NCBI GenBank assembly: GCA_028280965.1
Contig: JANQKT010000029.1
Coordinates: 260 to 64,259 of the forward strand
Source: Phycisphaeraceae bacterium
GTDB taxonomy: Bacteria; Planctomycetota; Phycisphaerae; Phycisphaerales; Phycisphaeraceae
Direction of reading: 5' to 3'
DNA length: 64,000 nucleotides
Shown here: positions 46,403 to 56,114 of the stretch, one piece after another
Layout: each line of letters opens with the position of its first letter
Numbering within the stretch: position 1 is the first letter of the stretch
Made by a program: the position numbers and the translations under genes
Notes under the pieces: model-generated
Seen by the model: only the letters and a program-made list of their open reading frames with translations
The model's database searches: none
What the model was told of the DNA's origin: nothing

Positions 46403-47902
46403 ATGCTCCTCTCGAAAACGAAACTGCTTGCCGGGCTCTGTATCGCATCGATCGCGGGCCCGCTGAGTGCCGGTGACAACTGGGTTGTCGATACCGAGGA
46501 CGAATGGAAGCTGGCTACGCAGCACGCCGATGGGCTGACAATCAAAGACGGCCTGGCCGAGCCGACCGACAAGGCCGGGGCTTTCACGAGCAAGCTCCAT
46601 CGCTTCGATAAGAAACGCAAGGCCAAGTCGATCACGATCGCGCAGTCGCCGATCTGGCAGAACTGGCAACCGATCAAAAACCTGGGCCCCGTCAATATGC
46701 AGGACGCGCCGGTCTTCCTCTCACTGGGCCCGGACAACTACTGGGCCTTCGGGCGCTACGGCAACAAGGGTAAGAATGCCGACTTCAAGCCCGAGCGTGC
46801 GACGCTCGATGGATTCGAGGACACCCCACTTCTGACCACGCCTTGGGCCAACCAGTACAACGCGCCCGGCGGGCTGCAACCGGGCAAGGGCGGCTACCAC
46901 GCCTGGCAGAGCAAGGACATGGTCAACTGGGTCCACCACGGCCCGGTCACCGAGGGCTTTTCGCGCTGGGTCACTTCCGCCGAGCACGTGGACGGCAAGA
47001 CCTACATCTTCTACGACTTTCCCAACGATCAGGACCCCCACGCCTACGTCGATACCGACCTGTTCGACGGCAAGCCGGGCAAGAACCTGGGTATGGCGTT
47101 CAAGGACCCGTCGCACGGCTCGGACGCCGGGTTTATCCGCGACCTCGAGGGCAACTTCCACGTCATCTATGAGGACTGGAGCCCGATCAAGGCCAGCACG
47201 CGCTCCTGGGACTCGCCCCTGGCCGGGCACGCGGTCAGCAAACGGCCGGTCGGCGGGTACACGATCCTGGACCCCGCCATCGACAACCGCACCACCCCGA
47301 CCGGTGAGATCGGCACCTACAAGCACCCGCACTGGGTGAAGGAGGACCCGGACAACTACAAGACCAACGTCGCTGAGTACGAGATCCACACGCCCGAGCA
47401 GGAGGCCTACGGCGACTGGGCGGCGATCGCTATCGGCGGGCAGTACTACCTCTTCGGCGACTACGACCCCGTCGGCGGGCACCAGATGGCCGTCGGTTGG
47501 TTCACCACCAGCGACATCAACAAGCCCTTCGCCTGGTGCGACAAGATCGGTCAGGGCCACCCCGACCCGGATATCGGCTTCGCCGAAGGCAGGTTCTACC
47601 TGTTCACGCAGCAGTCAACCGACTACGTCAGCGACGGCCCTTGGGTCGAAACCGTCGAGGCTCGCGTCGGTGTCGATACGGACAACGACGGCAGGGCCGA
47701 CCGGTGGACCGACTGGCAGCAGGTCAAGGAGACCTACGACTACATCAAGGGCTTCTCCAAGCAGGTCGCCAAGACCCCCGCAGCGATCGACACGAGCAAG
47801 CTCCCCGCGGGCTTTGGTTTCCAGTTCGAGCTCAAGCTCACGGACACGACGGACAACAAGTCCAAGCCGATGATCGATCGGGTCACCGTCGAGTTTGAAT
47901 GA
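46403..47902 (+). CDS. Secreted beta-propeller glycosidase-like protein, paralog of the catalytic region of the upstream gene
   Basis: Signal peptide; AWQSKDMVNW, WVTSAEH, GSDAGFIRD, SWDSPLAGH, HPDPD. Confidence 0.75.
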   Translation: MLLSKTKLLAGLCIASIAGPLSAGDNWVVDTEDEWKLATQHADGLTIKDGLAEPTDKAGAFTSKLHRFDKKRKAKSITIAQSPIWQNWQPIKNLGPVNMQDAPVFLSLGPDNYWAFGRYGNKGKNADFKPERATLDGFEDTPLLTTPWANQYNAPGGLQPGKGGYHAWQSKDMVNWVHHGPVTEGFSRWVTSAEHVDGKTYIFYDFPNDQDPHAYVDTDLFDGKPGKNLGMAFKDPSHGSDAGFIRDLEGNFHVIYEDWSPIKASTRSWDSPLAGHAVSKRPVGGYTILDPAIDNRTTPTGEIGTYKHPHWVKEDPDNYKTNVAEYEIHTPEQEAYGDWAAIAIGGQYYLFGDYDPVGGHQMAVGWFTTSDINKPFAWCDKIGQGHPDPDIGFAEGRFYLFTQQSTDYVSDGPWVETVEARVGVDTDNDGRADRWTDWQQVKETYDYIKGFSKQVAKTPAAIDTSKLPAGFGFQFELKLTDTTDNKSKPMIDRVTVEFE

Positions 47903-48280
47903 AGCTGAGTAAGCCGGTTGGCTCGGCACTCGGCCGCGACATGGTGTTGAGATTCAAACGGGATGCGCTTCTTAAGTGATGCACACACCGTTTTGAACAC
48001 TGCAACAAAACAGCCGCGTGGCTGTGCCTGAACTCATCTCGCTCCATCTCCGGCAGCGGGAGCGGAATTTGCGGGCGTGGTACATCCAGAGGTTTGGACA
48101 TGCACGGTCGTGGCCTTGGTCTGGCCTGTTACATCGCTTTGGTTCATTTGGAGCTATCACACATACCTCGTAATATGGCGGAGTCAATCGTGTCTTGCCT
48201 TGTTCTCGCTTCATGTCTGCAAAGGAATCTGTCGAATGACCGGGTTTTTTGAAGCAAGTGATGCCGCTCGGTCCCGCCTG

Positions 48281-49729
48281 ATGTCGGCGATGCGCCCGCT
48301 GTGGCAGGCGCCGTGGCTCAGGCTTTGCCTGATGCTGTTGTCGGGTTTGCTGATACCGAGGGCCGAGGCACAGGGCGCCGGGCCCGCCCGCCCGAACATC
48401 ATCCTCGTCATGGCCGACGACCAGGGCTACGGCGACGCGGGCTACACCGGCCACCCGTTCGTGAAGACGCCGAACCTCGACGTGATGGCCGCGGACGCGG
48501 TCGTGTTCAACCGCTTCTACGCCGCCGCGCCGGTCTGCTCGCCGACACGCGCCAGCGTCCTGACCGGCCGGCACCCGATCCGCACCAACGTGCTGAATCA
48601 CGGCCACTACCTGCGACCGCAAGAGTTGACGCTGGCCGAGGTCTTAAAGGATGCCGGCTACGTCACCGGCCATTTCGGCAAGTGGCACATCGGCTCGGTC
48701 CAGGCCGAGAGCCCGACCTCGCCGGGCCGGGTGGGTTTTGACCATTGGCTGGCCGCGCTCAACTTCTTCGATCTGATTCCGTATCTCTCGGACAACGGCG
48801 TCTATAAGCAGTTCGAGGGCCGGGGCACGGTGCTGGCCATGGACGCCGCGCTCGCCTTTATTAAGGAGCACCACGATGGCGGCAGGCCGATCTTCAGCGT
48901 GGTCTGGTTCCCCTCGCCGCATACGCCGCACAAGGAAACGCCGACCGGTGAAGCGTTGCAGGGGCTGTATGCGGGCAAAAAAAACGCGGGCTATTTCGAC
49001 GAGATCACGCTGATCGATCAGCAGGTCGGCCGGCTGCGCGCGGCGCTGCGGGAGTTGGAGATCGCCGAGAACACGCTGGTGTGGTACTGCAGCGACAACG
49101 GCGGATTGCTCGCCGCGTCCTCCGGCGGGCGCGAGAAGAAGGGCAGCATCTACGAGGGCGGGCTCCGCGTCCCCGCGATGCTCGAGTGGCCGGCCAGATT
49201 CAAACACCGGGCTGTCGATGTCCCCGCTGTGACCTCGGACATCTACCCGACGCTGTTGTCGATTGTGGGTGCGACGGTCGAGCACCAGCCGGTGCTGGAC
49301 GGCGTTGATCTCACGCCGATCCTGGCCGGGGAGCGGGCCGATCGCCCGGCGATCGGGTTCTGGCACGGCATCGCCGGCGGCCAGGGCACGCCCAGCGACA
49401 AGCTGATCAAGCAGTTGATGCAGGCCCAGCAGGCCGACCGGCCCACGCCGCTGCCCGGCCGGCTCTTGAAGAATGTGAACCAGTTCCCCGGCCACCCCGA
49501 CGACTTGCCCAAGGGGCACGCGGCCTGGACGGACTGGCCCTGGAAGCTGCACCGCATCGCGCATCAGGGCGAGACACGGATCGAGTTGTACCACCTCGGG
49601 CAGGACCCGTTGGAATCAACGGACCTGGCAGAGCAGCATCCCCAGCGCGCCGAGACGATGCTCAAGGCGCTCAAGGCATGGCAGTCGTCTGTGCTCCGCA
49701 GCCACGAAGGGCGGGATTATGAGCGGTAG
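48281..49729 (+). CDS. Sulfatase (start uncertain)
   Basis: RPNIILVMADDQG, canonical CSPTRAS.LTGR, GKWH, SDNG, YEGGLRVP. Confidence 0.92.
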   Translation: MSAMRPLWQAPWLRLCLMLLSGLLIPRAEAQGAGPARPNIILVMADDQGYGDAGYTGHPFVKTPNLDVMAADAVVFNRFYAAAPVCSPTRASVLTGRHPIRTNVLNHGHYLRPQELTLAEVLKDAGYVTGHFGKWHIGSVQAESPTSPGRVGFDHWLAALNFFDLIPYLSDNGVYKQFEGRGTVLAMDAALAFIKEHHDGGRPIFSVVWFPSPHTPHKETPTGEALQGLYAGKKNAGYFDEITLIDQQVGRLRAALRELEIAENTLVWYCSDNGGLLAASSGGREKKGSIYEGGLRVPAMLEWPARFKHRAVDVPAVTSDIYPTLLSIVGATVEHQPVLDGVDLTPILAGERADRPAIGFWHGIAGGQGTPSDKLIKQLMQAQQADRPTPLPGRLLKNVNQFPGHPDDLPKGHAAWTDWPWKLHRIAHQGETRIELYHLGQDPLESTDLAEQHPQRAETMLKALKAWQSSVLRSHEGRDYER

Positions 49730-49910
49730 TGCAGCAGGCATGGCTCCTCATCGTGTGCCCCTGATTGATGGGATGGGCAACGCCGGATGTTTCTTGGACA
49801 AGGTCTTGATTGTGAATAGGGTAGGTGTGACCTAGATAGTCCTGTATCGTCTTTATGGGCCGCCGGGCCCCGCTGTATGCACGATCACCTCTTCCACCGC
49901 TCACAACCCC

Positions 49911-50286
49911 ATCACCTGCGGCACCGGTAACGAATTTGACGGCACGGATGCGGGCTGGCACCACATCGCGGTCCGTGTCAACACCGGCGCAACGACCTTT
50001 GCCGATGTGGATGTCTTTCTCGACAGCGTCCAGCAAAGCATCTCGGGAACAGGCGGCGGCATCGGCGTGGCGATCCATACGACCGACTCCATTTTTGGCC
50101 TCGGCAACACGTCGATCGTTGATGTCGGCGCGTCCGCGCCCTACAACGGGCCTGCTCGATGAACTGCAGGTCTACGACAATGCCCTGACCAATCTAGAAA
50201 TCGCGCCTCTTGCTGTGCCCGAGCCCGGAAGTCTGGCGCTGCTCGCGATCAGTGGTGTGATGGTTGTTCGCCGTCACCGCGGCTGA
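49911..50286 (+). pseudogene. 5'-truncated, frameshifted LamG-PEP-CTERM gene, paralog of 52737-53867
   Basis: DAGWHHIAVRVNTGATTFADVDVFLD, +1 shift near 50151, then LLDELQVYDNALT...VPEPGSL. Confidence 0.75.
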
Positions 50287-50493
50287 CTCTCCTGCTCAAG
50301 AACGCCTGCCCCTTTGCAGGCACGCTCTTTGAGAGAGGCCTGTTTTGTTTCCCAATCCGACGCCGTAATACCCGCAACCCGGGTAGGTGGTGCGGCTTCA
50401 AGTGCCAGCTGATATGGTTGATATTCAGTCTCAATTTTCTTGGCCCTTTCGGAAAGTTGATGTGAAATTCTTGGCACCGGGGGCCTATTCATA

Positions 50494-51057
50494 ATGAAGA
50501 TGCCTCTTATGACCGAGCGAGACAACAACTCCAGCATCGCGCAGGGGGCGGATTTTGCGAAGCTTTTGGTCCAGTACCAGCCCAAGCTCCGCACCTATGT
50601 CCGTGCGGTCATTTTTCAGGAAGCAGACGTCGATGAGATCGTACAGGAGACCGCTTCCAAGGCATTTGCTCGTTTTGATCAGTACGACCCGTCCAGACCC
50701 TTTGATGCATGGTTGATTACGATTGCTCGATTCGAGGTCATGACTTTTTTGAAATCTCGCCGACGAGATCGCTTGGTCTTTTCGACCGAGACGGTCAACA
50801 AGCTCTTGCAGAACCTTGAAGACCGCCACGACCGCTGGAGCCGGTACACGCTCGATTCGCTGGAACGCTGTATGAAGCGATTGGAGCAGCCCGATCGCGA
50901 TTTGATCCGGATGCGTTATGCCGAGGGCAAGCTGGGTAAGCAGATCGCGCTGTTGTTGACGGTTTCAGAGGCTACGGTCTGTCGAAGGTTGTCGCGTGTC
51001 TATGGCCAACTGCTTGCCTGCATCCGCAAGAGCGTGAACGACGGGGGCGTGGCGTGA
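50494..51057 (+). CDS. ECF sigma factor (module 2)
   Basis: DVDEIVQET, FDAWLITIARFEV, LERCMKRL, TVCRRLSR. Confidence 0.92.
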   Translation: MKMPLMTERDNNSSIAQGADFAKLLVQYQPKLRTYVRAVIFQEADVDEIVQETASKAFARFDQYDPSRPFDAWLITIARFEVMTFLKSRRRDRLVFSTETVNKLLQNLEDRHDRWSRYTLDSLERCMKRLEQPDRDLIRMRYAEGKLGKQIALLLTVSEATVCRRLSRVYGQLLACIRKSVNDGGVA

Positions 51058-52670
51058 CACCCGAACCTTCCAAAGTGCGCCGTGTGATTGATTTGTTCGT
51101 GCAGATCCAATTGGGAACTGCCGGCGATCAAGAGTTGGCCGAGATCGATGAGCTGCTCCGTGCCAGCGAGGCGCTGCGGGTTTTGTACCTGGACCTGATC
51201 CATGTCGCGTCCATCGCTGGAGACGGTATCGATCGTCTGGATGAATCCACAGAACTGGGCCGGCTCCAGCAAACCGAGATCGACCGCGAGGTGCTCGCCG
51301 AGCTCCTGGAAGAGGCGCTGCGTAATCGGCGGCTCAGTGATATCCGAGACAAGGCCCGCAGCCAGTTGCTCGCCGATCGGGCGCTCGCACGGGTGCAAGC
51401 CGCCGTCCCAGCGGAGCCTGAGCGTGACGACAACGGCCCGCGCGTCCTGGTCATCCCGCGATCCCTGGTATATGGGTTGGCCGCGGCATCGATCCTCTTG
51501 ATCTGCAGCCTGTTCTTCCTGAGTCGAACCGACGAACCGGACGCCCCGGACATCGTTGAGCAGCCGGCCCCCGCGCCCGTTGTCCAGCCGCCTGCCGTGG
51601 TTGCCGAAGTCCTCGATCGCTACAACGATCGCTGGGGTGTATCCATCAATAAATACGCGACTTCGTTGCTGGCCGGTGACTACCGCCTTGAGGCTGGATT
51701 TGTGCGGGTGCGCCTGAATGACGGCGCGGAGGTCCTGATTCAAGGCCCCGCTCATTTCCAGCTTCAGACCAACAACAGTATTGGGTTGGACACAGGCAAG
51801 CTTGTTGCCGAAGTGCCGCCCAGCGCGACCGGATTCACGATCAACACACCCGATGCCCGTATCGTCGATATCGGAACCGAATTCGGGGTGACCGCGGAAC
51901 GCGAGACGGGCCGTGGGTCGGCTTCAACCCGGCTCCAGGTCTATCAGGGAGAGGTCCGCGCGGCAGCCAAAACGAATGGCGCCGTCGTTGGGGAGTTCAT
52001 GCCGCTTTTTGAAGAGCAGGCGATTGAAATCGATAGCGGCAAGCCCCCTCGCCGGATCGAGTTCAACCCCGACCTCCACGAGCGCGATCTGTATCAGGTC
52101 AAGCTCCGGCCGACGTTGTCTCAGTCCGCCGTCTGGTTGCGCGAACGCCCCGCAAATATCCGGCTCGATGGATCGCCTGCGGACCATTTACAGGTGTTTA
52201 TCGAGCGCAGCAATGTGCTGCTCAAAGAAGACCTGCCGGTGGATTTCAACCGCCAGCAGTCTTGGCCACACTCGGGCACGGGAAAATATCAGGTACGGTC
52301 CGGGCAACGCGTTGATGTGTACTACCTCAATCTGGATAGCTTCGGCAAATCGCGGCTGGACATCCGGACGACGATCGATTTCGGGCGCCCGATCCTGGGC
52401 GTCATTGCTGCCGGCGAAACGCTCGAGCAGACCGACCCGCTTTTTGCCAGCCCTGATACCAAGTATCCGACTTCCAGTTACCGGGAGGGATCGAACGACT
52501 CGCTTCCACGCGGGCTCGATGTGCTCAACGATGATGACTGGGCCTGGGTCGAGCGTGATGGCCAGACCCTGCGTCTGGACATCGGCACCGAGCACTACGT
52601 CGATCAGGTCCGTGTGCTCGTCGAGGCGATCCCAGTCAAAGCCGAGGATCGGGGACCAAAACCCGAGTAA
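51054..52670 (+). CDS. FecR-domain anti-sigma factor with C-terminal sensor-like domain
   Basis: One TM segment, GFTINTP...VDIGTEFGV, QVYQGEV; GTGA overlap with the sigma gene. Confidence 0.85.
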   Translation: MTPEPSKVRRVIDLFVQIQLGTAGDQELAEIDELLRASEALRVLYLDLIHVASIAGDGIDRLDESTELGRLQQTEIDREVLAELLEEALRNRRLSDIRDKARSQLLADRALARVQAAVPAEPERDDNGPRVLVIPRSLVYGLAAASILLICSLFFLSRTDEPDAPDIVEQPAPAPVVQPPAVVAEVLDRYNDRWGVSINKYATSLLAGDYRLEAGFVRVRLNDGAEVLIQGPAHFQLQTNNSIGLDTGKLVAEVPPSATGFTINTPDARIVDIGTEFGVTAERETGRGSASTRLQVYQGEVRAAAKTNGAVVGEFMPLFEEQAIEIDSGKPPRRIEFNPDLHERDLYQVKLRPTLSQSAVWLRERPANIRLDGSPADHLQVFIERSNVLLKEDLPVDFNRQQSWPHSGTGKYQVRSGQRVDVYYLNLDSFGKSRLDIRTTIDFGRPILGVIAAGETLEQTDPLFASPDTKYPTSSYREGSNDSLPRGLDVLNDDDWAWVERDGQTLRLDIGTEHYVDQVRVLVEAIPVKAEDRGPKPE

Positions 52671-52736
52671 TTCCGCCGCGTGTGTTGCGCGGGCCATGAA
52701 GTTAGCTAGACACCCTTTCCTAACGGAGGAATCCTG

Positions 52737-53867
52737 ATGAAGATCGCAAACCGTTTCCTGATGACCGGCCTGGCCTTTGGTGCGCTGGCATGCGCGGCAA
52801 ACGCGCCGGCCCAACTGCTGCACCGCTACACGTTCGACGATGCGGACTCCAGCGGCACCGGCATGTTCGGCGACCCCTGGGTCGCTAACGATGTCGTCGG
52901 CACTTCAAATGCGACCGCCACCGGCATCGACGGGGGCATGAACATCGTGCCGGGCCAGGCCGGCCTCTTTGGCGAGGCCTTCATGTTTACCCGTGACGCC
53001 ACGGGTGTTATTGGGAACGCGACCACCCCCGGCAATCCCGCCGACTTCGAGAACACGCTGCGGACTCCCGCGGGCACCGCCCCGATCGGGGCCGCCGAGC
53101 GAACGATCATGGTCTGGTTTAATCAGGCCGTGGATACCGCCGGCCAGGACAAGCTGTTCGGTTACGGCGGAGCGAATGTTGATGGTGATGGCTCGACCTC
53201 GGAGGCGCTCGATATCTCGCTGGAAGCCGGCGGTATCCGTATCCGTCAGTCGAGCGGCAACATCACCTTCGGCAGCGGCTTCGAGTTCGCCGGTGACATC
53301 GACGGCGGTGGCACGCCGGGCGCCGACGCCGGCTGGCACCACGTCGCGGTCCGCGTCAACGCCGGCGCGACGACCTATGCCGATGTTGATGTCTTCCTTG
53401 ATGGTACCCAGCTTGTGCTGACCAGCACGAACGGCAACGAGAACGACACATTGAACATCGTTGACTCGGCGTTCGGGATCGGCAACATCGGGTACGACGC
53501 CTTCCTGAACAACGGCTTCACCGGGATGCTCGACGACCTGCGGATTTACGGCAACGCGCTGACCGACCAGGAGATCGCAGACCTCGCGGTCAATCCCAAC
53601 GCCAACGACCCCGCCGACCTGGACCTGGACGGCGACGTCGATGACGCGGACTTCGCGTTGTTCTTCGCCGCCTTCTCCGGCCCCGGTGTGCCGACGGGCA
53701 ACCCCGCCGCGGACCTGGACGGCGACACCGACACGGACGACGCGGACTTCGGCCTGGCCTTCGCCGCGTTCACCGGCCCCGGCGGCGGTGTCCCGGCGCC
53801 CGAACCGACCTCGCTCGTGCTGCTGGGCCTGGGCGGCCTGCTCACTGCCCGCCGTCGGCGTGCGTAA
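52737..53867 (+). CDS. LamG-like domain PEP-CTERM protein with EF-hand tail
   Basis: LLHRYTFDD, RTIMVWF, WHHVAV, F.GMLDDLRIYGNALT..EI; APEP tail. Confidence 0.85.
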   Translation: MKIANRFLMTGLAFGALACAANAPAQLLHRYTFDDADSSGTGMFGDPWVANDVVGTSNATATGIDGGMNIVPGQAGLFGEAFMFTRDATGVIGNATTPGNPADFENTLRTPAGTAPIGAAERTIMVWFNQAVDTAGQDKLFGYGGANVDGDGSTSEALDISLEAGGIRIRQSSGNITFGSGFEFAGDIDGGGTPGADAGWHHVAVRVNAGATTYADVDVFLDGTQLVLTSTNGNENDTLNIVDSAFGIGNIGYDAFLNNGFTGMLDDLRIYGNALTDQEIADLAVNPNANDPADLDLDGDVDDADFALFFAAFSGPGVPTGNPAADLDGDTDTDDADFGLAFAAFTGPGGGVPAPEPTSLVLLGLGGLLTARRRRA

Positions 53868-53952
53868 GCCAAATGACCCTCCTTAGCCCGCCCTGCGTGA
53901 GATGCGCGGGCCGGGCTTTCCCCGGAACCCGATCAGACAAGGGAACAAGACG

Positions 53953-54732
53953 ATGACCCGCCGACGCGATGCCTTTACGCTGATTGAACTGCTGGTGGTG
54001 ATCTCGATCATCGCGCTGTTGATCGCGATCCTCCTGCCGGCGCTGGGCGCGGCGCGCGAGGCGGCGCGGACGACACAGTGCTCCAGCAATCTGCGCGGGC
54101 TCGCTCAGGCGCTGACCGCGTTCGCCACCGACAACAAGGACAAGTTCCCGCAGAACTTCACGCGCGACCCCGCGACCGGCGACCTCAACGAGTGGTACGA
54201 CGAGGACCGCATCGGTGACTACCTGCCGGACCAGGGCCAGACCTCCAGCGACACGATCGACGGCTTCATCATGTTCTGCCCGCTAGACACCGAGGCCCAG
54301 CGCAACTACTGCATGAACGCCCGGGCCAGCAGCGACGCGGCGGTTGGCGGGTACCGCGGCAACCTCGGCAAGGCCTGGGGCGCCAGCGTCACCAACGCCA
54401 CCGAGATGATCCTGCTCGGCGAGGGCTTCTCCCGCTTCGGCAACAGCCCGCGCTTCTCCGGCTCCACCTTCGGCGGCAAGGCCGGCTGGCGACCGGGCGA
54501 ACGCTTCGCAAGCGGCCGGTCCTACGGCGCCGGGAGCTGGGGCAGCGTCAAGTCCGAGGTGAACTGGTCCCTGCACGGCGACGAACCGGCCGACAACCCC
54601 GACGGGCGGGCACAGTTCGCGTACGCCGACGGGCACGTCTCAATGGAAGAATCCTCCGAGCTGGTCGACCTCACCACCTTCAAGAGCACCTACGAAGCGC
54701 TCTGGGCGCCCGACGATGAGGACTGGGACTGA
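53953..54732 (+). CDS. Prepilin-type N-terminal / H-X9-DG (DUF1559-like) protein
   Basis: [25 protein letters not shown]; QFAYADGHV. Confidence 0.9.
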   Translation: MTRRRDAFTLIELLVVISIIALLIAILLPALGAAREAARTTQCSSNLRGLAQALTAFATDNKDKFPQNFTRDPATGDLNEWYDEDRIGDYLPDQGQTSSDTIDGFIMFCPLDTEAQRNYCMNARASSDAAVGGYRGNLGKAWGASVTNATEMILLGEGFSRFGNSPRFSGSTFGGKAGWRPGERFASGRSYGAGSWGSVKSEVNWSLHGDEPADNPDGRAQFAYADGHVSMEESSELVDLTTFKSTYEALWAPDDEDWD

Positions 54733-54758
54733 GCCGCCCGCGCGCATCTGGGTTTAAC

Positions 54759-56114
54759 ATGACCGGCATGGCCCTACGCCCCGAACGCCGACGACGAGGC
54801 GTCCTCGCGGTGCTGTCGCTCGGCTGCCTGGCGCTCGGCATCCTGTCCTGCGGCCGGGCCGACGATGGCAAGACGCGCATCGAGCTGTGGACGCTCGCGC
54901 TCTCGCCGACGTTCGATGACTACATGGCCGGGGTGATCGACGACTTCGAGGCCGAGCACCCCGGCGTCGAGGTCGTGTGGGTCGATGTGCCGTTCGATGC
55001 GCTGGACCGCAAGCTGGTCACCGCCGCGGCCGCGGGGCGCACGCCGGACGTCGTCAACTTCTCCGACCGCCAGTTCTCGCGCTACGCGGCGCTCGGGGCG
55101 ATGCACGACCTCAACGGCGTGCTTCCCGGCGATCCTTCCGAACACTACCAGCCCGGCGCGCTGCGTATCCTCGACCTGGATGGCGAGCTGCTCGCGCTGC
55201 CGTGGTACCTCACGACGCAGGTGCGGCTGATCAACGAAGCGCTGCTCGCCGAGGCCGGGCTGAGCGCCGACACGCTCGGCGGCGACTGGGAGACGCTGCG
55301 CGAGCAGGCACGCGGCTATCACGAGAAGACAGGCGGGTTCCTGTTCTCGCTGCGGCTGGGCGAGGACTCGATCCTGCCGACGATGATGCTCCAGAGCGGG
55401 CTGGTGCCGTTCGCCGAACGCGACGGCCGGCTGGTCGCGGACCTCGCATCCGACGAGGTGGTGGCGTACGTGCAGGCTTGGGTGGACTGCTACAACGACG
55501 GCGCGCTGCCGCGCAGCAGCGCGACCGGCGGGCACCAGGCGGTCGTCGAGGGCTTCCAGAACGGACGGCTCGCCACCGTGCAGACCGGGGCGAACATGCT
55601 CAACCGCGTGCGCGACGCGAACCCGGAGGTTTACGCCAACACACGGGTGCTGCGCCCCCTGGCCGGCACGCTCGGGCGCTCGCACATCGCGGTCATGCCG
55701 GTGGGCGTGATGGGCAAGACCCAAGAGCCCGAGCTCGCCGCGAAACTCGCGTGGCACCTGACCAGCGCGGCGAACCAGACCGAATTGGCCCGGCGGTCGA
55801 GCGTGCTGCCCTCGACGACGGCGTCGCTGCATGACCCGCACTTCTCTGATCATGAGCATGATGCGGAAGACCGGATGGTTGTCGCACGGATGCTGTCGGC
55901 CGGTTCGTTGTCGGATGCGGTCGCGTTTACGCCGGCGGTATCGGCCTGGCCGGACATGCGGCTGGCGTTCAACGAGGGCATGAAGCGCATCCTGCTCAGT
56001 GGTGCCGGCGCGCGCGAGACGCTCGAAGAGGTCGAGCGGCAGTGGGACGCCCTGCTGCGCGCCGCGCCGCCGGCGACGCTGGACACGGTCCCCCGGCCCG
56101 GGCCGGCGCCATGA
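54759..56114 (+). CDS. Carbohydrate ABC transporter substrate-binding lipoprotein
   Basis: Lipobox ILSC; FEAEHPGVEV.W, PDVVN, ALPWYL. Confidence 0.88.
   Translation: MTGMALRPERRRRGVLAVLSLGCLALGILSCGRADDGKTRIELWTLALSPTFDDYMAGVIDDFEAEHPGVEVVWVDVPFDALDRKLVTAAAAGRTPDVVNFSDRQFSRYAALGAMHDLNGVLPGDPSEHYQPGALRILDLDGELLALPWYLTTQVRLINEALLAEAGLSADTLGGDWETLREQARGYHEKTGGFLFSLRLGEDSILPTMMLQSGLVPFAERDGRLVADLASDEVVAYVQAWVDCYNDGALPRSSATGGHQAVVEGFQNGRLATVQTGANMLNRVRDANPEVYANTRVLRPLAGTLGRSHIAVMPVGVMGKTQEPELAAKLAWHLTSAANQTELARRSSVLPSTTASLHDPHFSDHEHDAEDRMVVARMLSAGSLSDAVAFTPAVSAWPDMRLAFNEGMKRILLSGAGARETLEEVERQWDALLRAAPPATLDTVPRPGPAP

Noticed and set aside
38173-53867. DGR template/variable repeats or a CRISPR array among the repeated blocks
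   Set aside because: The repeats are in-frame protein domains with mostly synonymous, non-adenine-specific differences. No reverse transcriptase, cas gene or regularly spaced short repeat was seen.
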